In this document: positions 15,696 to 25,848 of the stretch, piece after piece | Position numbering within the stretch: position 1 is the first letter of the stretch | How the letters are laid out: each line of letters begins with the position of its first letter | Source: Eubacteriales bacterium | GTDB taxonomy: Bacteria; Bacillota; Clostridia; Oscillospirales; QAKW01 | Assembly: GCA_045603925.1 (NCBI GenBank) | Contig: JAZUNB010000086.1 | Location: 1 to 53,638 of the forward strand | DNA: 53,638 nucleotides | Direction: 5' to 3' | The notes under the pieces: generated by a model | What the model was told of the DNA's origin: nothing | What the model saw: only the letters and a program-made list of their open reading frames with translations | Database searches by the model: none | Position numbers and translations under genes: made by a program

Positions 15696-16148
15696 CTACT
15701 CCTTCAAGGCAGACAAAATCTCTTTCACACTTTCGGCGAAAGAATTATTCAGCGTACAGATAAAAATGGTATCATCACCGGCAATGGAGCCTGCAACACC
15801 CTGGAGATGCATATTATCGATGGAAGCACATACCGCATTAGCCATCCCCGCATAACACTTTACAATCACAAAATTCTGCGCAGGGATCACATCAATAATA
15901 CCGCTGGTCAGAATGGTATTGGCGTGGATGGCAGTAGGCTGAGGTGCCGCGCCGCCGGAGGGTTTTACATAGCGGGTCCCGCGGCCATCCGACACCTTCC
16001 GAAGACCCAACGCTTTAATATCGCGCGAAACAGTAGCCTGTGTAACATTCCATCCCTGCTCCTGCAGAACGGAAACAAGCATTTCCTGGGTAAAGACTGC
16101 CTGCTCATCGATAATTTTTAAGATCGCTTCCTGTCTTAAATTTTTCAT
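15696..16148 (-). CDS. argR: Arginine repressor
   Basis: 150 aa with a winged helix (QATVSRDIKALGL) and C-terminal GTIAGDDTIF-like GSIAGDDTIFI. Confidence 0.9.
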   Translation of the reverse strand: MKNLRQEAILKIIDEQAVFTQEMLVSVLQEQGWNVTQATVSRDIKALGLRKVSDGRGTRYVKPSGGAAPQPTAIHANTILTSGIIDVIPAQNFVIVKCYAGMANAVCASIDNMHLQGVAGSIAGDDTIFICTLNNSFAESVKEILSALKE

Positions 16149-16999
16149 AATTTCCTCCGGCTGATCTTATCGTTTAAAACCTTATAAAAGCTCTTTTTAT
16201 GAATACCGATCAATTGCAACGGCTCAGAATGACGGCAGAGCCGCACAACATCCCCGTCGCATAAAGCCCCCCAATCATTACCGTCATACTCCAAATGAGC
16301 GCAGATCTGATCGGCATTGGTTACCCGCATAAACAGTTCTTTCTGATCGGCGCCAAAAACCACTGAGCGGGAACCGAGAGTATGGGGGCAAATGGGAGTC
16401 ACCACAATGTTTTTGGAAGAAGGCTCCAAAATAGGGCCGCCCGCGCTCATGGAATAGGCGGTAGAACCCGTCGGTGTTGCAACAATGAAACCGTCGCAAA
16501 AATAATCCAGGAGATCGTTATCCCGATCGGCGATCACAATATCAGCAGGCTTACCGATGCGACTGCGAAGAACCGCATCATTCAGCGCAACCATTTCTGC
16601 GATAATATTCCCTTGGCGCAGGACCTGAATTTTCAGCATCATCCGTTCGGAATAAGTAAAATCATTATGCAATAATGTACTCAAAACAGGAATCTCATTC
16701 TCTTCCAACTCTGCTAAAAAACCAAGATGTCCCAAATTGATTCCAAGTAAAGGAACATTATACTTTACCGCATAAGAAGCGGCCTTCAGCAATGTTCCGT
16801 CTCCGCCCAAGGTAAGTACCAAGGAAGCGCCGTCAAAGCACTGATCCATCGAACAGAAGGGAAAGCTTTCCTTCGGTGCAACATTGCACCAAGACACACT
16901 GTATTCACATTGAATCGATTCGATCTGCTCGATCACTCGCTTTAAATGGTAAAGACCAGGGTCCTTTTCGGGGTTTACAACAACTCCGATCTTACGCAT
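16145..16999 (-). CDS. nadK: NAD+ kinase
   Basis: GGDGTLL motif and TPTGSTAYSMSAGGPI. The ATG at 16999 has a GAGGAGGG RBS, so the upstream extension in the ORF track is unlikely. Confidence 0.9.
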   Translation of the reverse strand: MRKIGVVVNPEKDPGLYHLKRVIEQIESIQCEYSVSWCNVAPKESFPFCSMDQCFDGASLVLTLGGDGTLLKAASYAVKYNVPLLGINLGHLGFLAELEENEIPVLSTLLHNDFTYSERMMLKIQVLRQGNIIAEMVALNDAVLRSRIGKPADIVIADRDNDLLDYFCDGFIVATPTGSTAYSMSAGGPILEPSSKNIVVTPICPHTLGSRSVVFGADQKELFMRVTNADQICAHLEYDGNDWGALCDGDVVRLCRHSEPLQLIGIHKKSFYKVLNDKISRRKL

Positions 17000-17783
17000 G
17001 CTCTCCCTCCTCATACACTGCTTTTTTTGCGGCGGACTCAATAGAGAACGAGTCACCGCCGTTCTTCAAAAGATACATCAAATATTCCCGATTTCCGCTC
17101 TCTCCCGTAAGGCCGCTGAACGCGATCCCGCCAACAGAGAATCCGAGAGAAACTGCAAAGGAGGCAATATCGCCTATCACCTGCAGATGGATCTTTCGAT
17201 CCGCAACAACACCGCTCTTGCTCAAATGAGCGGGCCCTGCCTCAAATTGGGGCTTGATCAGCACAACCGCTTCCCCACCCTTGATCAAAATATTATAAAC
17301 GGCAGGCAAAACCATCTTCAATGAAATAAAAGACAGGTCGGCGGTAATCCCCTCGATGGGGGCATCAAAATCCGCGGCAGTCAGATTACGAGCATTGGTA
17401 TGCTCCATATTAACAATGCGCGGATCCATCTTAACAGCGGGGTGCAATTGAGCGGTTCCGATATCTACCGCATAGATCTTTCGCACCTCATTTTCCAAAA
17501 GGACCTGACAAAATCCACCGGTGGAAGCACCAAGATCGGCAATTACCTTTCCGCGCCAATTCAAAGAAAATTGACGGTAGGCATTTAACAGCTTATGCGC
17601 CGAACGCGCAACATAAACCTTCTCCTTCTTGATGGCGCAAACATCATCGCCATAAGAAACCTCGAAAGATGGCTTAAATACTTGCTTTTTGTTGACTGTA
17701 AAGTTTCCTTCCTTTACAGCGTTTGCAGCTTTATTCCGACTTTCAAAATATTGATGTTCTACCAGATATACATCTAATCTCAT
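16992..17783 (-). CDS. tlyA: TlyA family rRNA (cytidine-2'-O)-methyltransferase
   Basis: S4-like N-terminus MRLDVYLVE and methyltransferase motif DLGASTGGF. The start overlaps the dxs stop (ATGA). Confidence 0.9.
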   Translation of the reverse strand: MRLDVYLVEHQYFESRNKAANAVKEGNFTVNKKQVFKPSFEVSYGDDVCAIKKEKVYVARSAHKLLNAYRQFSLNWRGKVIADLGASTGGFCQVLLENEVRKIYAVDIGTAQLHPAVKMDPRIVNMEHTNARNLTAADFDAPIEGITADLSFISLKMVLPAVYNILIKGGEAVVLIKPQFEAGPAHLSKSGVVADRKIHLQVIGDIASFAVSLGFSVGGIAFSGLTGESGNREYLMYLLKNGGDSFSIESAAKKAVYEEGEHA

Positions 17784-19648
17784 AAGTCCTGCGCTCCAAA
17801 GCGGCAGATCCATTCAGCAATATGATCCGCATCCAGATTCAGTTCCTTCAGCAACGCATCGGGCTTTGCAGGCTTCACAAACTGATTTTTAATACCGATA
17901 TTACGATATTGACCGCGATAGCGACTGTTTATCAGCAGATTTCCCAAATATGCTCCGATAGAATTAACCTGATAACCCTCTTCAACAAACAAGATCTTTT
18001 TAAATCCCTTTAAACGCTCCACCACTTCTTGATCCAAGGGGTAAATACGGTTAAGCTTTAAGAAGGAAACCGATACTTTGGCCTTTTTAATGGCGTGAAG
18101 GCAGGCAACAGCTTGTCTGCCATAGGATACAATGCAAAAATCAGTTGAATTCCCGCACCATTCCACATCGGCATCGGGCTCTCTAAAGGGCAAAACCGTA
18201 TCAACCTCTACCCCGCGCGGGTAACGAATTGCGGTAATTCCGGCATTCACCGCCGGAACGCACTTTTTTAATACCGCCTTCAAATCGGCATAAGTGGTAG
18301 GCGAATAGATGGAGATCCCGGGGATCGGCATCAACATAGGAATATCAAATAACCCTTGATGCGTTTCTCCGTCTTCCCCGACAATGCCTGCGCGGTCCAC
18401 ACAGATGGTTGCATGAACCCCTTGCAAGGCGAGATCATGGATCAATTGGTCAAATCCGCGTTGCAGGAACGATGAATAGACCGCAAAAACAGGATTCATC
18501 CCGTTTTTCGCCAAACCGCCCGCAAAGGTAAGAGCATGCTGCTCGGCAATACCGACATCAAAAAAGCGATCGGGGTAACGCTTGGAAAATTCTGTCAGAC
18601 CGCATCCGGGGCACATTGCCGCTGTAATTGCGCAGATATCTCTATGCTCTTCGGCCAACTCACAAAGAGCGGAGCCAAAGACTTCGGAATAATCCGGTTT
18701 CCCTTTGACGCCGTGAGCACCCGTTTCCACATCAAAGGAGCTGAGACCGTGAAAATCGGTGGGCTGATTTTCCGCATAGGAATAACCCTTCCCCTTGATG
18801 GTCTGTACATGGATCAAGCAGGGGCGTTTTAACTCCTTGGCGCGCTGCATAACGCGCTCTAAAGCCTGCTGATTATGCCCGTCAATGGGTCCGAGATAGG
18901 TAAAGCCCAGATCCTCAAAAATATTTCCTTTATAAAAGAAGGATTTTAATGCGATCTTGCTCTTTTGAAAGAGTTTATAAAACCAATTACCCACCAGAGG
19001 GATCCCCTTGGTAAAGCGGGTCAGTTGATCCTTGAAACGGAAATACCACTGTTTGGAACGGATTTTGGAAAGATACGAAGCAATGGAGCCCACATTGGCA
19101 GAAATGCTCATATCATTATCGTTCAGGATCACAATAAGGTTTCCGCTCATCCGACCGCCGTTGTTCAGCCCTTCGTAAGAAAGGCCCCCGGTCATGGCGC
19201 CGTCGCCGACCACCGCGATCACATAGCGATCCTCTTCACCCTTCAACTGAAATGCCTTCAAAAGGCCGACCGCCGAGGAAATAGCGGTAGAGCTGTGACC
19301 TGTTTTCAAAACATCGTGTTCACTTTCTTCAGGGCACGGAAATCCCGATAATCCATCTTCTTGACGCAACAGATGAAAGGCTTCATAGCGCCCCGTCAGC
19401 AATTTATGGACATAGCATTGGTGACCCACATCAAAAACGATCTGATCACGCGGGGAATCAAACACGCGATGAAGGGCCATCGTTAACTCAACCACACCCA
19501 GATTACTGGCCAGATGACCGCCGGTATTGGAAACATTTTGAATCAAACAGTCCCGAAGCTCGTCTCCCAACACTTCAAGCTCTTCAACAGTCAGTGCTTT
19601 CACATCTGCGGGACTTTTAATATCACGCAACAGCTTGTCCTTCAGCAT
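17780..19648 (-). CDS. dxs: 1-deoxy-D-xylulose-5-phosphate synthase
   Basis: GGHLASNLG, GHSSTAIS and GDGAMTGG (ThDP binding). The start is MLKDKLL, preceded by AGAGGAGGGG. Confidence 0.95.
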   Translation of the reverse strand: MLKDKLLRDIKSPADVKALTVEELEVLGDELRDCLIQNVSNTGGHLASNLGVVELTMALHRVFDSPRDQIVFDVGHQCYVHKLLTGRYEAFHLLRQEDGLSGFPCPEESEHDVLKTGHSSTAISSAVGLLKAFQLKGEEDRYVIAVVGDGAMTGGLSYEGLNNGGRMSGNLIVILNDNDMSISANVGSIASYLSKIRSKQWYFRFKDQLTRFTKGIPLVGNWFYKLFQKSKIALKSFFYKGNIFEDLGFTYLGPIDGHNQQALERVMQRAKELKRPCLIHVQTIKGKGYSYAENQPTDFHGLSSFDVETGAHGVKGKPDYSEVFGSALCELAEEHRDICAITAAMCPGCGLTEFSKRYPDRFFDVGIAEQHALTFAGGLAKNGMNPVFAVYSSFLQRGFDQLIHDLALQGVHATICVDRAGIVGEDGETHQGLFDIPMLMPIPGISIYSPTTYADLKAVLKKCVPAVNAGITAIRYPRGVEVDTVLPFREPDADVEWCGNSTDFCIVSYGRQAVACLHAIKKAKVSVSFLKLNRIYPLDQEVVERLKGFKKILFVEEGYQVNSIGAYLGNLLINSRYRGQYRNIGIKNQFVKPAKPDALLKELNLDADHIAEWICRFGAQDL

Positions 19649-19668
19649 TTCGATCCCCTCCTCTCGTC

Positions 19669-20526
19669 TTATTTTTCGCGTTTGGAAACATATTCGGCAA
19701 GCCAAAGAAGAAAAGTATCCTCCTGCGCCGCTTTCTTAGCCGCCTCAATTTCGGCTATTAAGGCACTTCGTGTTTGCTCGGCACCCAAAACCGTAATGAA
19801 GGTCGATTTATGCTCCTCAAGATCCTTTCCGATCTCTTTTCCCAAAACCTCTGCAGAGCCCTCCAGATCCAGAAGATCATCCTTGATCTGAAATGCAAGG
19901 CCAATATGCTTGCAATAGTTTTCAAAGTTTTCATTTTTAATACCGGAAAGACTCTCAGCAATAAGGATCGGGGCCAATAGTAACTGACCGGTTTTATGGC
20001 GGTGAAGCTCCAAAAGCTCTTCTTTGGAAAGCAGGCGCTCTTCTCCGTTTTTATCCAGCATCTGCCCCAAAAGCATCCCGCGGGAGCCCGCCGCGCGGAA
20101 TAATTGAGTCATTGCGTCCAAAAAACGCTCAGCATCGTATTTTCCCCGTTGATCCAGCAAGAGCTCCATGGAAAGATTTAAAATGGCATCTCCCGCCAAT
20201 AAAGCAGTATCAACGCCGAATTTCTTATGGCAGGTAAGCATTCCCCGCCGATAATCATCATTATCCATCTCCGGCATATCGTCATGAACCAAAGAATAGG
20301 CGTGGATCAATTCCAATGCCATTGCAAAGGGCAACGCCTGCTCGGGAGGAACCCCCATCCGCCGGCAAAACACCATCGTCAAAACACCACGGATCCGTTT
20401 TCCCGGTGCCGCGACGGCATAATGCATCGGCTGATACAAAGGATTATTGCTGTCGATCCGCCGAGGGATCAGTTGCTCCAGCTGCTGATCCAAGATTTCT
20501 TTTTGTTCAAGAAATTCCTTATTCAT
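19669..20526 (-). CDS. ispA: Polyprenyl (farnesyl/geranylgeranyl) diphosphate synthase
   Basis: LVHDDMPEMDNDDYRRG and FQIKDDLLD aspartate-rich motifs. Confidence 0.9.
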   Translation of the reverse strand: MNKEFLEQKEILDQQLEQLIPRRIDSNNPLYQPMHYAVAAPGKRIRGVLTMVFCRRMGVPPEQALPFAMALELIHAYSLVHDDMPEMDNDDYRRGMLTCHKKFGVDTALLAGDAILNLSMELLLDQRGKYDAERFLDAMTQLFRAAGSRGMLLGQMLDKNGEERLLSKEELLELHRHKTGQLLLAPILIAESLSGIKNENFENYCKHIGLAFQIKDDLLDLEGSAEVLGKEIGKDLEEHKSTFITVLGAEQTRSALIAEIEAAKKAAQEDTFLLWLAEYVSKREK

Positions 20527-20731
20527 CCGTTTCGCTCTCCGCTTGCTGTTCTTGCAGAAAACGCACCTTCTGCTCCGCTTTTTCTAAAATCTCAGCGCAT
20601 TTTTTGCTGAGTTGCATTCCTTTTTCATAAAGAGCGATGGACTCATCCAAGGGAACCTCGCCGCTCTCCAATGCTTTCACGATCTCACTCAATTGAAGGA
20701 TCGCTTCCTCAAACTTCATTTCAGTACTCAT
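20519..20731 (-). CDS. xseB: Exodeoxyribonuclease VII small subunit
   Basis: FEEAILQLSEIVKALESGEVPLDESIALYEKG. Confidence 0.9.
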   Translation of the reverse strand: MSTEMKFEEAILQLSEIVKALESGEVPLDESIALYEKGMQLSKKCAEILEKAEQKVRFLQEQQAESETDE

Positions 20732-20735
20732 GATT

Positions 20736-21941
20736 TTATTCCTTTGAAATATTCTCAACCGTACAATTTGCTTTACCGTCGCTCAACCGAAGGCAGATCT
20801 CATTTCCAACCTTCAATTGCTCAACGCTCTTTAAAACCGTACCGTCGGCATCCTGAGCAACGCCGAATCCGCGCTGCAAAACCTTCAGCGGGCTCAAAGC
20901 ATCCAGCTTTTCCATCAGCCCCACCGCCTTGGTACGATGCTTACTGCACTTTAACGAAATGCTCTGGCTCATTTTTTGAACCAGATGATCCAACACCATA
21001 AAAGGCTTATCGGTAAAGGCGCCGGGATCATTTAAGATCCGGGCCGAAGCATAGCGTTGCAACTGCTCTCTGCATTGCTCCAAACGGCGCTCCAGAGCCA
21101 AATTCAACCGTTTTTGATCTTGATGGATCCGATGGACCAGATCCGCCACATCGGGCACCACCAATTCTGCCGCCCCCGAAGGAGTCGGCGCCCGCAGATC
21201 GGCGGCAAAATCACAAATGGTGAAATCCGTTTCATGCCCCACCGCTGAAACAATGGGGGTCTCGCAATTATAAACGGCCAAGGCAAGATCAGGACTGTTA
21301 AAGCCCCAAAGGTCTTCAATGGAGCCACCGCCGCGCCCGATAATGATAACATCCACTTTTTCTTCGGTCTCAAAATAATCGATACCGCCGATCAAGGATG
21401 CCGGCGCAAGATCGCCCTGAACAATAGCGGGATAAACCACCACTTCGGCAATCGGACACCGCCGCCCGAGAATTTGAATGATATCGCGCACTGCCGCGCC
21501 GGTGGGCGATGTGATCACGCCGATCTTCTGAGGCAATTTCGGGATCGGCTTTTTATGGCTTTCGGCAAAGATGCCTGCCGCCGCCAACTGCTTTTTCAAT
21601 TGCTCAAAGGCGACAAAGAGATCTCCGGCGCCCTCCTGCCGCATTTCGGTCAGATACAGCTGATATACGCCTGTTTTTTCAAAAACCGAAACACTGCCCC
21701 TGGCTAATACCTTCATGCCGTTTTCGGGGCGAAAACGCAGCTTTGCCGCATTAGAGCGAAACATCACCGCGCTCACAATTCCGTTTTCATCCTTCAACCG
21801 CAGATAAATATGCCCGCTGCCATGCATAGTCAGGTTGGAGATCTCCCCCACTACCCATACATTCCGAAGGCTTAGATCCGATTCCAGAAGTCCTTTTAAA
21901 TATTGATTCAGTTGTGTTACGGTGATGGCCGCTTTTTCCAT
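20736..21941 (-). CDS. xseA: Exodeoxyribonuclease VII large subunit
   Basis: 401 aa with the N-terminal OB fold VWVVGEISN and GRGGGSIEDLWGFN. Confidence 0.95.
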   Translation of the reverse strand: MEKAAITVTQLNQYLKGLLESDLSLRNVWVVGEISNLTMHGSGHIYLRLKDENGIVSAVMFRSNAAKLRFRPENGMKVLARGSVSVFEKTGVYQLYLTEMRQEGAGDLFVAFEQLKKQLAAAGIFAESHKKPIPKLPQKIGVITSPTGAAVRDIIQILGRRCPIAEVVVYPAIVQGDLAPASLIGGIDYFETEEKVDVIIIGRGGGSIEDLWGFNSPDLALAVYNCETPIVSAVGHETDFTICDFAADLRAPTPSGAAELVVPDVADLVHRIHQDQKRLNLALERRLEQCREQLQRYASARILNDPGAFTDKPFMVLDHLVQKMSQSISLKCSKHRTKAVGLMEKLDALSPLKVLQRGFGVAQDADGTVLKSVEQLKVGNEICLRLSDGKANCTVENISKE

Positions 21942-22334
21942 TTATTTTGCAATACTGCTCAAAACACCGTGCACAAAACTGCCGGAATCTTCCTCGCCGA
22001 ATTCCTTAGCCAACTCGATAGCTTCATTTACGGCGACCCGATCGGGAATATCGGGATTGAATTTAATTTCATAAACCGCAACCCGCAGGATCGCAAGGCA
22101 AACAGCACTAACCCGTTTCATTGACCATTTAGTAAGGCAGGGCTCGATCATCTGATTGATCTCCTCCCAATGGGCAACAATTCCGTCTACAGTCTCATTA
22201 ATGTAAGGCAGGCTTTCACCGTCTTCTCTTTGGCGAAAAAACTCTTCCAATACCGCTTCCTTTTGTTCCAAACCCTGATAATTCAGCGAATAGACCAATT
22301 GGAAGACTACTTTTCTTTGCTTTTGACGAGTCAT
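21942..22334 (-). CDS. nusB: Transcription antitermination factor NusB
   Basis: 130 aa with AILRVAVYEI and VINEAIELAKEFG-like VAVNEAIELAKEFG. Confidence 0.9.
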   Translation of the reverse strand: MTRQKQRKVVFQLVYSLNYQGLEQKEAVLEEFFRQREDGESLPYINETVDGIVAHWEEINQMIEPCLTKWSMKRVSAVCLAILRVAVYEIKFNPDIPDRVAVNEAIELAKEFGEEDSGSFVHGVLSSIAK

Positions 22335-22951
22335 AATTCCTCCTGAATATGTTCAATACAAATACATAAAACCCCGCCGCTGTGAACAACCAGGGTCGGA
22401 TGCTCACCCGCAGGTTCATTGCTGGTACCGATGGTTTTTCCTTTTAAAAGGCGATACTCTTCCAAAGGATACTTCATATCTTTCAAGGATATAACCGCCT
22501 CTTCTCCCCATGGAAAAAAGGAAAGATAGCGCAGTTCTCTTGAAAAGGTATAGGTTCCTTTTCCAACCAGCTGAATTTCATTCTCACCGTCATAAAGAAT
22601 CAGCGAAACACCGTTCTTTCGCGCTTCTTCCAAAAGATGAAGGTTCGCAACCGTATGATCCATTCGCCCGCCAAAGGGCGCGATCATCCAGATCTCGGTA
22701 TATCCATCCTGAATGGCAAACCGAAGAGCAAGCTCACTATCGGTTTCATCCTTTTCCGCAGGAAACACCGCAAGATGCGGTGCATCCGGCTGTTCCATAG
22801 AGTCAAAATCACCCAGCACCCGCTTCAGCGGAAGCCCAAGCTCCTTGGCATAGTGATATCCCGCATCAGCGGCATAATAATCAAAACTTTTAGTTTGAAT
22901 ACGGCGCAGAAGGTTGTCCTTACTTCGAAGATCCCCTGCGAGAAAGATCAT
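22331..22951 (-). CDS. thiN: Thiamine diphosphokinase
   Basis: GDFDS motif and a C-terminal thiamine-binding domain. The ATG at 22951 overlaps the rsgA stop (TAATG). An alternative TTG start lies at 22975. Confidence 0.8.
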   Translation of the reverse strand: MIFLAGDLRSKDNLLRRIQTKSFDYYAADAGYHYAKELGLPLKRVLGDFDSMEQPDAPHLAVFPAEKDETDSELALRFAIQDGYTEIWMIAPFGGRMDHTVANLHLLEEARKNGVSLILYDGENEIQLVGKGTYTFSRELRYLSFFPWGEEAVISLKDMKYPLEEYRLLKGKTIGTSNEPAGEHPTLVVHSGGVLCICIEHIQEEL

Positions 22952-23844
22952 TAGTTTTTGATTTTTTTGTTCCAAGGAGTTTCATCCTCCTTCAGGTATT
23001 GATAGATCTGGCAGTAACTCTCATGGCGCCCATTATCGATCTTCCCTTGGCAAACTGCGTTTAAAATACCGCATTGCCGCTCGGTGATATGGGAGCAATC
23101 AAGAAACTCACACTCCTCCAGATAAGGCTCAAACTCCGGAAAATAGCCCGCAAGCTCTGTGCGCTTGACCGTATAGCCCTCTAATTCCAACGCACCGAAG
23201 CCGGGAGTATCGCCAACCAGCGCACCGTTTACAGGAAACAGTTCAATATGGCGGGTGGTATGGCGCCCGCGCCCTAATTTTTCAGAGATTTCACCGGTTT
23301 GAAGTGTCAGCGAAGGATAAAGGATATTCAAAATACTGCTTTTTCCAACACCGGTATTTCCTGCAAAAATCACCGTTTTGTCCGAAAGGGCGGCGCGCAA
23401 TTCATTCATCCCCTCCCCCGCCTCGGCGGATACGCAATAAACCGCATAACCAAGGCCGCGATACAATTCGATAAGATCATAAACCTGCTCGGTATCGGGC
23501 AGATCGCACTTATTAAACACCAGAATAGGGGTGATCCCTTGATTTTGGGCGATCACAAGCATCTTATCGATGGTATAAGGAAAAGGCGACGGGTTTGAAA
23601 ATGCCGATACATAACATAATACATCAACATTGGCCACATTGGGACGGATCAAATAATTCCTGCGGGGCAGGATCTCATCGATCCGACCGGTATGATCCGG
23701 CAGAGCAAGAATCTCCACATCATCGCCGGGAACGGGAGAAACGCCGCTCTTGCGAAAGCTTCCCCGCGCCCGACATTGATATAGACCGTCTTCCGTTGAG
23801 ACGGTATAGATACCGGATAATAATTTGATAATTTTACCTTGCAT
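22951..23844 (-). CDS. rsgA: Ribosome small-subunit-dependent GTPase A
   Basis: Circularly permuted GTPase with NKCDL, GNTGVGKSS and a C-terminal zinc cluster (CEFLDCSHITERQC). Confidence 0.95.
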   Translation of the reverse strand: MQGKIIKLLSGIYTVSTEDGLYQCRARGSFRKSGVSPVPGDDVEILALPDHTGRIDEILPRRNYLIRPNVANVDVLCYVSAFSNPSPFPYTIDKMLVIAQNQGITPILVFNKCDLPDTEQVYDLIELYRGLGYAVYCVSAEAGEGMNELRAALSDKTVIFAGNTGVGKSSILNILYPSLTLQTGEISEKLGRGRHTTRHIELFPVNGALVGDTPGFGALELEGYTVKRTELAGYFPEFEPYLEECEFLDCSHITERQCGILNAVCQGKIDNGRHESYCQIYQYLKEDETPWNKKIKN

Positions 23845-23849
23845 AAAGC

Positions 23850-25835
23850 TTAGTTGGTATTTCCGGAAGAAGTATTTTCGTTGCTTCCTTCCGTTGCATT
23901 GTCGCCATTATCGGAGCCATTGCTTTCCCCGTTTCCGTTGGATTCTTCGGTTTCATCACCGTTTTCACCGCTGTTAGGCTGATCTTCAGGTTTTGTATTG
24001 GTTTCACTGTCCGGTTCGGTGGAAGGATCCTTATCGGGATCCTCACCGGGCTCGTCGGAAGGCTCTTTCTCTTCCTTAGGGCCAAGACTGATAACAAGAT
24101 TAATGGTCGCACCCTCTTCTACCTCATTATCCTTCAAAACGCTTTGAGAGCAAACCAAGCCTTTTTCGATCTTATCATCGTGCTTTTCGGAAACGGTACC
24201 CAATTCCAGCTTATTGTTCTTCAGGGTCGTCTTGGCAACCTCCAAAGACAAACCGGTAAGATCGGGCATGGTGATCATTTCCGCTTCGGGCTCCTTCACC
24301 TCTTCGGGACCCTTGCTGATATAAATGATAACGGTAGTATCGTTGGTGATCTCTTTCCCAGGAGTGGGATAGGTATTGATGACATAGCCTTCTTCGATCT
24401 CCTCATCAAATTTGGTTTCGATCTTATAAGAGATCTCCTGGCGCTTGAACTCGGCGATGGCATCTGCTCTGGAGAATTTCAAAACATCGGGCACATAATT
24501 ATCGCCGGTCACCTCGGTGGGATTCTTATTGATACTTGCGGGACCGTTGCTGACAACAACGGTGATGGTACTGTTTTTCTCGATCTGTGTGTTACCAACA
24601 GGGCTCTGAGAAATAATGGCACCATCAGGATATTCATCACTGGAAATATAGGAATTTACAATAAACTCGAAGTTATACTGAGATTTTGCGGCCTCCAGAT
24701 CCATACCGACAACCTGCGGGCACACAACGGTATCCTCCGTAAACAATTCCTTTTGAAAGATAATCCCAAGGCCAACCAAAAGCAACAGCAAGAAAGCAGT
24801 ACCGATGCCGGCAATAATGGGAAGCCAGGTATTCTTAAAGGTCTTTTCTTCCGGCTCGGTCACCATCTCTTCTTCCTCCTCATCAGCCTCCTCTTCCCCT
24901 GTTCCGTCGTCTTTAAGCAGGTCGGAAGCAAAAAGAGTGGGTGAATTATCGGTGTTTTCGTCTACCTCCTCATAAGCAGGAGCGGCAGAATAAGAAAATG
25001 TAACGGTGGGATCCGCTTCAAACAAAGCAATATCCGCAAGGAAGGCACCGCCGGACTGATAGCGAATGGCGGGATCCTTCATGATCGCCTTCAAAACAAT
25101 ATCCTCCAGGCCCTGGGGAATCTCAGAATTCAGCTCGGTGGGAAGCTCAGGCTGGGCCTGAACCTGCTTCAAAGCAACCGCAACTGCAGTATCCGCCTCA
25201 AAGGGCAGCTGGCCGGTCAACATTTCATAAAGAATGATACCGACCGAATAAATGTCACTACGGGCATCGGTGCGGTCACCGCTGGCCTGCTCGGGGCTGA
25301 TATAATGAACGGAGCCAATGGCCATATCGCTGATGGTCTGGGTATCAAACTTGGTCAGACGAGCAATGCCGAAATCGGTAATTTTGATGGTGCCATCCTT
25401 CAGTAAAACGATATTATGGGGCTTTACATCCCGATGAACGATTCCGCGCTCATGGGCATGGGAGAGGCCTTTCAGAATCTGCTTCACAAAATGAAGAGCC
25501 TCTACCGACGATAAAACCCCCTTGCGCTCCATATATTCCTTCAGGTTGATGCCGTCGATGTATTCCATCACAATATAAAGAGAATCACCCTCCAGGGAAA
25601 CATCAAACACATCCACAATATTATTATGGGAGAGCATGGTAATGGCTTTGGATTCATTGGTAAAGCGACGGCGGAATTGCGCGTCGGACATAAACTCATC
25701 CTTCAGGATCTTAACGGCAACAACACGGTTGCAAATTTTGTCGAATGCTTTATAAACATAAGCCATACCGCCGACACCGACCACTTCGGTGATCATATAA
25801 CGGTCATTCAAAACTTTTCCGATGTATTTTTCCAT
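23850..25835 (-). CDS. prkC: Ser/Thr protein kinase with PASTA repeats (PrkC/PknB type)
   Basis: HRDVKPHN and DFGIA, one TM segment, about 3 PASTA-like repeats, and an acidic low-complexity tail rich in P/E/D/N/G/S. Confidence 0.95.
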   Translation of the reverse strand: MEKYIGKVLNDRYMITEVVGVGGMAYVYKAFDKICNRVVAVKILKDEFMSDAQFRRRFTNESKAITMLSHNNIVDVFDVSLEGDSLYIVMEYIDGINLKEYMERKGVLSSVEALHFVKQILKGLSHAHERGIVHRDVKPHNIVLLKDGTIKITDFGIARLTKFDTQTISDMAIGSVHYISPEQASGDRTDARSDIYSVGIILYEMLTGQLPFEADTAVAVALKQVQAQPELPTELNSEIPQGLEDIVLKAIMKDPAIRYQSGGAFLADIALFEADPTVTFSYSAAPAYEEVDENTDNSPTLFASDLLKDDGTGEEEADEEEEEMVTEPEEKTFKNTWLPIIAGIGTAFLLLLLVGLGIIFQKELFTEDTVVCPQVVGMDLEAAKSQYNFEFIVNSYISSDEYPDGAIISQSPVGNTQIEKNSTITVVVSNGPASINKNPTEVTGDNYVPDVLKFSRADAIAEFKRQEISYKIETKFDEEIEEGYVINTYPTPGKEITNDTTVIIYISKGPEEVKEPEAEMITMPDLTGLSLEVAKTTLKNNKLELGTVSEKHDDKIEKGLVCSQSVLKDNEVEEGATINLVISLGPKEEKEPSDEPGEDPDKDPSTEPDSETNTKPEDQPNSGENGDETEESNGNGESNGSDNGDNATEGSNENTSSGNTN

Positions 25836-25848
25836 CTTTCAATCCTCC

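Noticed and set aside
22331-23844. Absence of rpe (ribulose-phosphate 3-epimerase) between rsgA and the thiamine diphosphokinase gene, where it sits in many Firmicutes
   Set aside because: There is no gap, remnant or frameshift, and the stop and start codons overlap cleanly. It is most likely ordinary synteny variation.
24144-24944. 266 aa plus-strand ORF, and similar long antisense ORFs at 41099-41929, 33650-34282, 32493-33209, 39995-40507 and 51390-51932
   Set aside because: All lie antisense to well-supported genes (the kinase, the M23 peptidase, gmk/remA, priA, the S41 peptidase and the ATPase-like gene). None has motifs or ribosome-binding sites.
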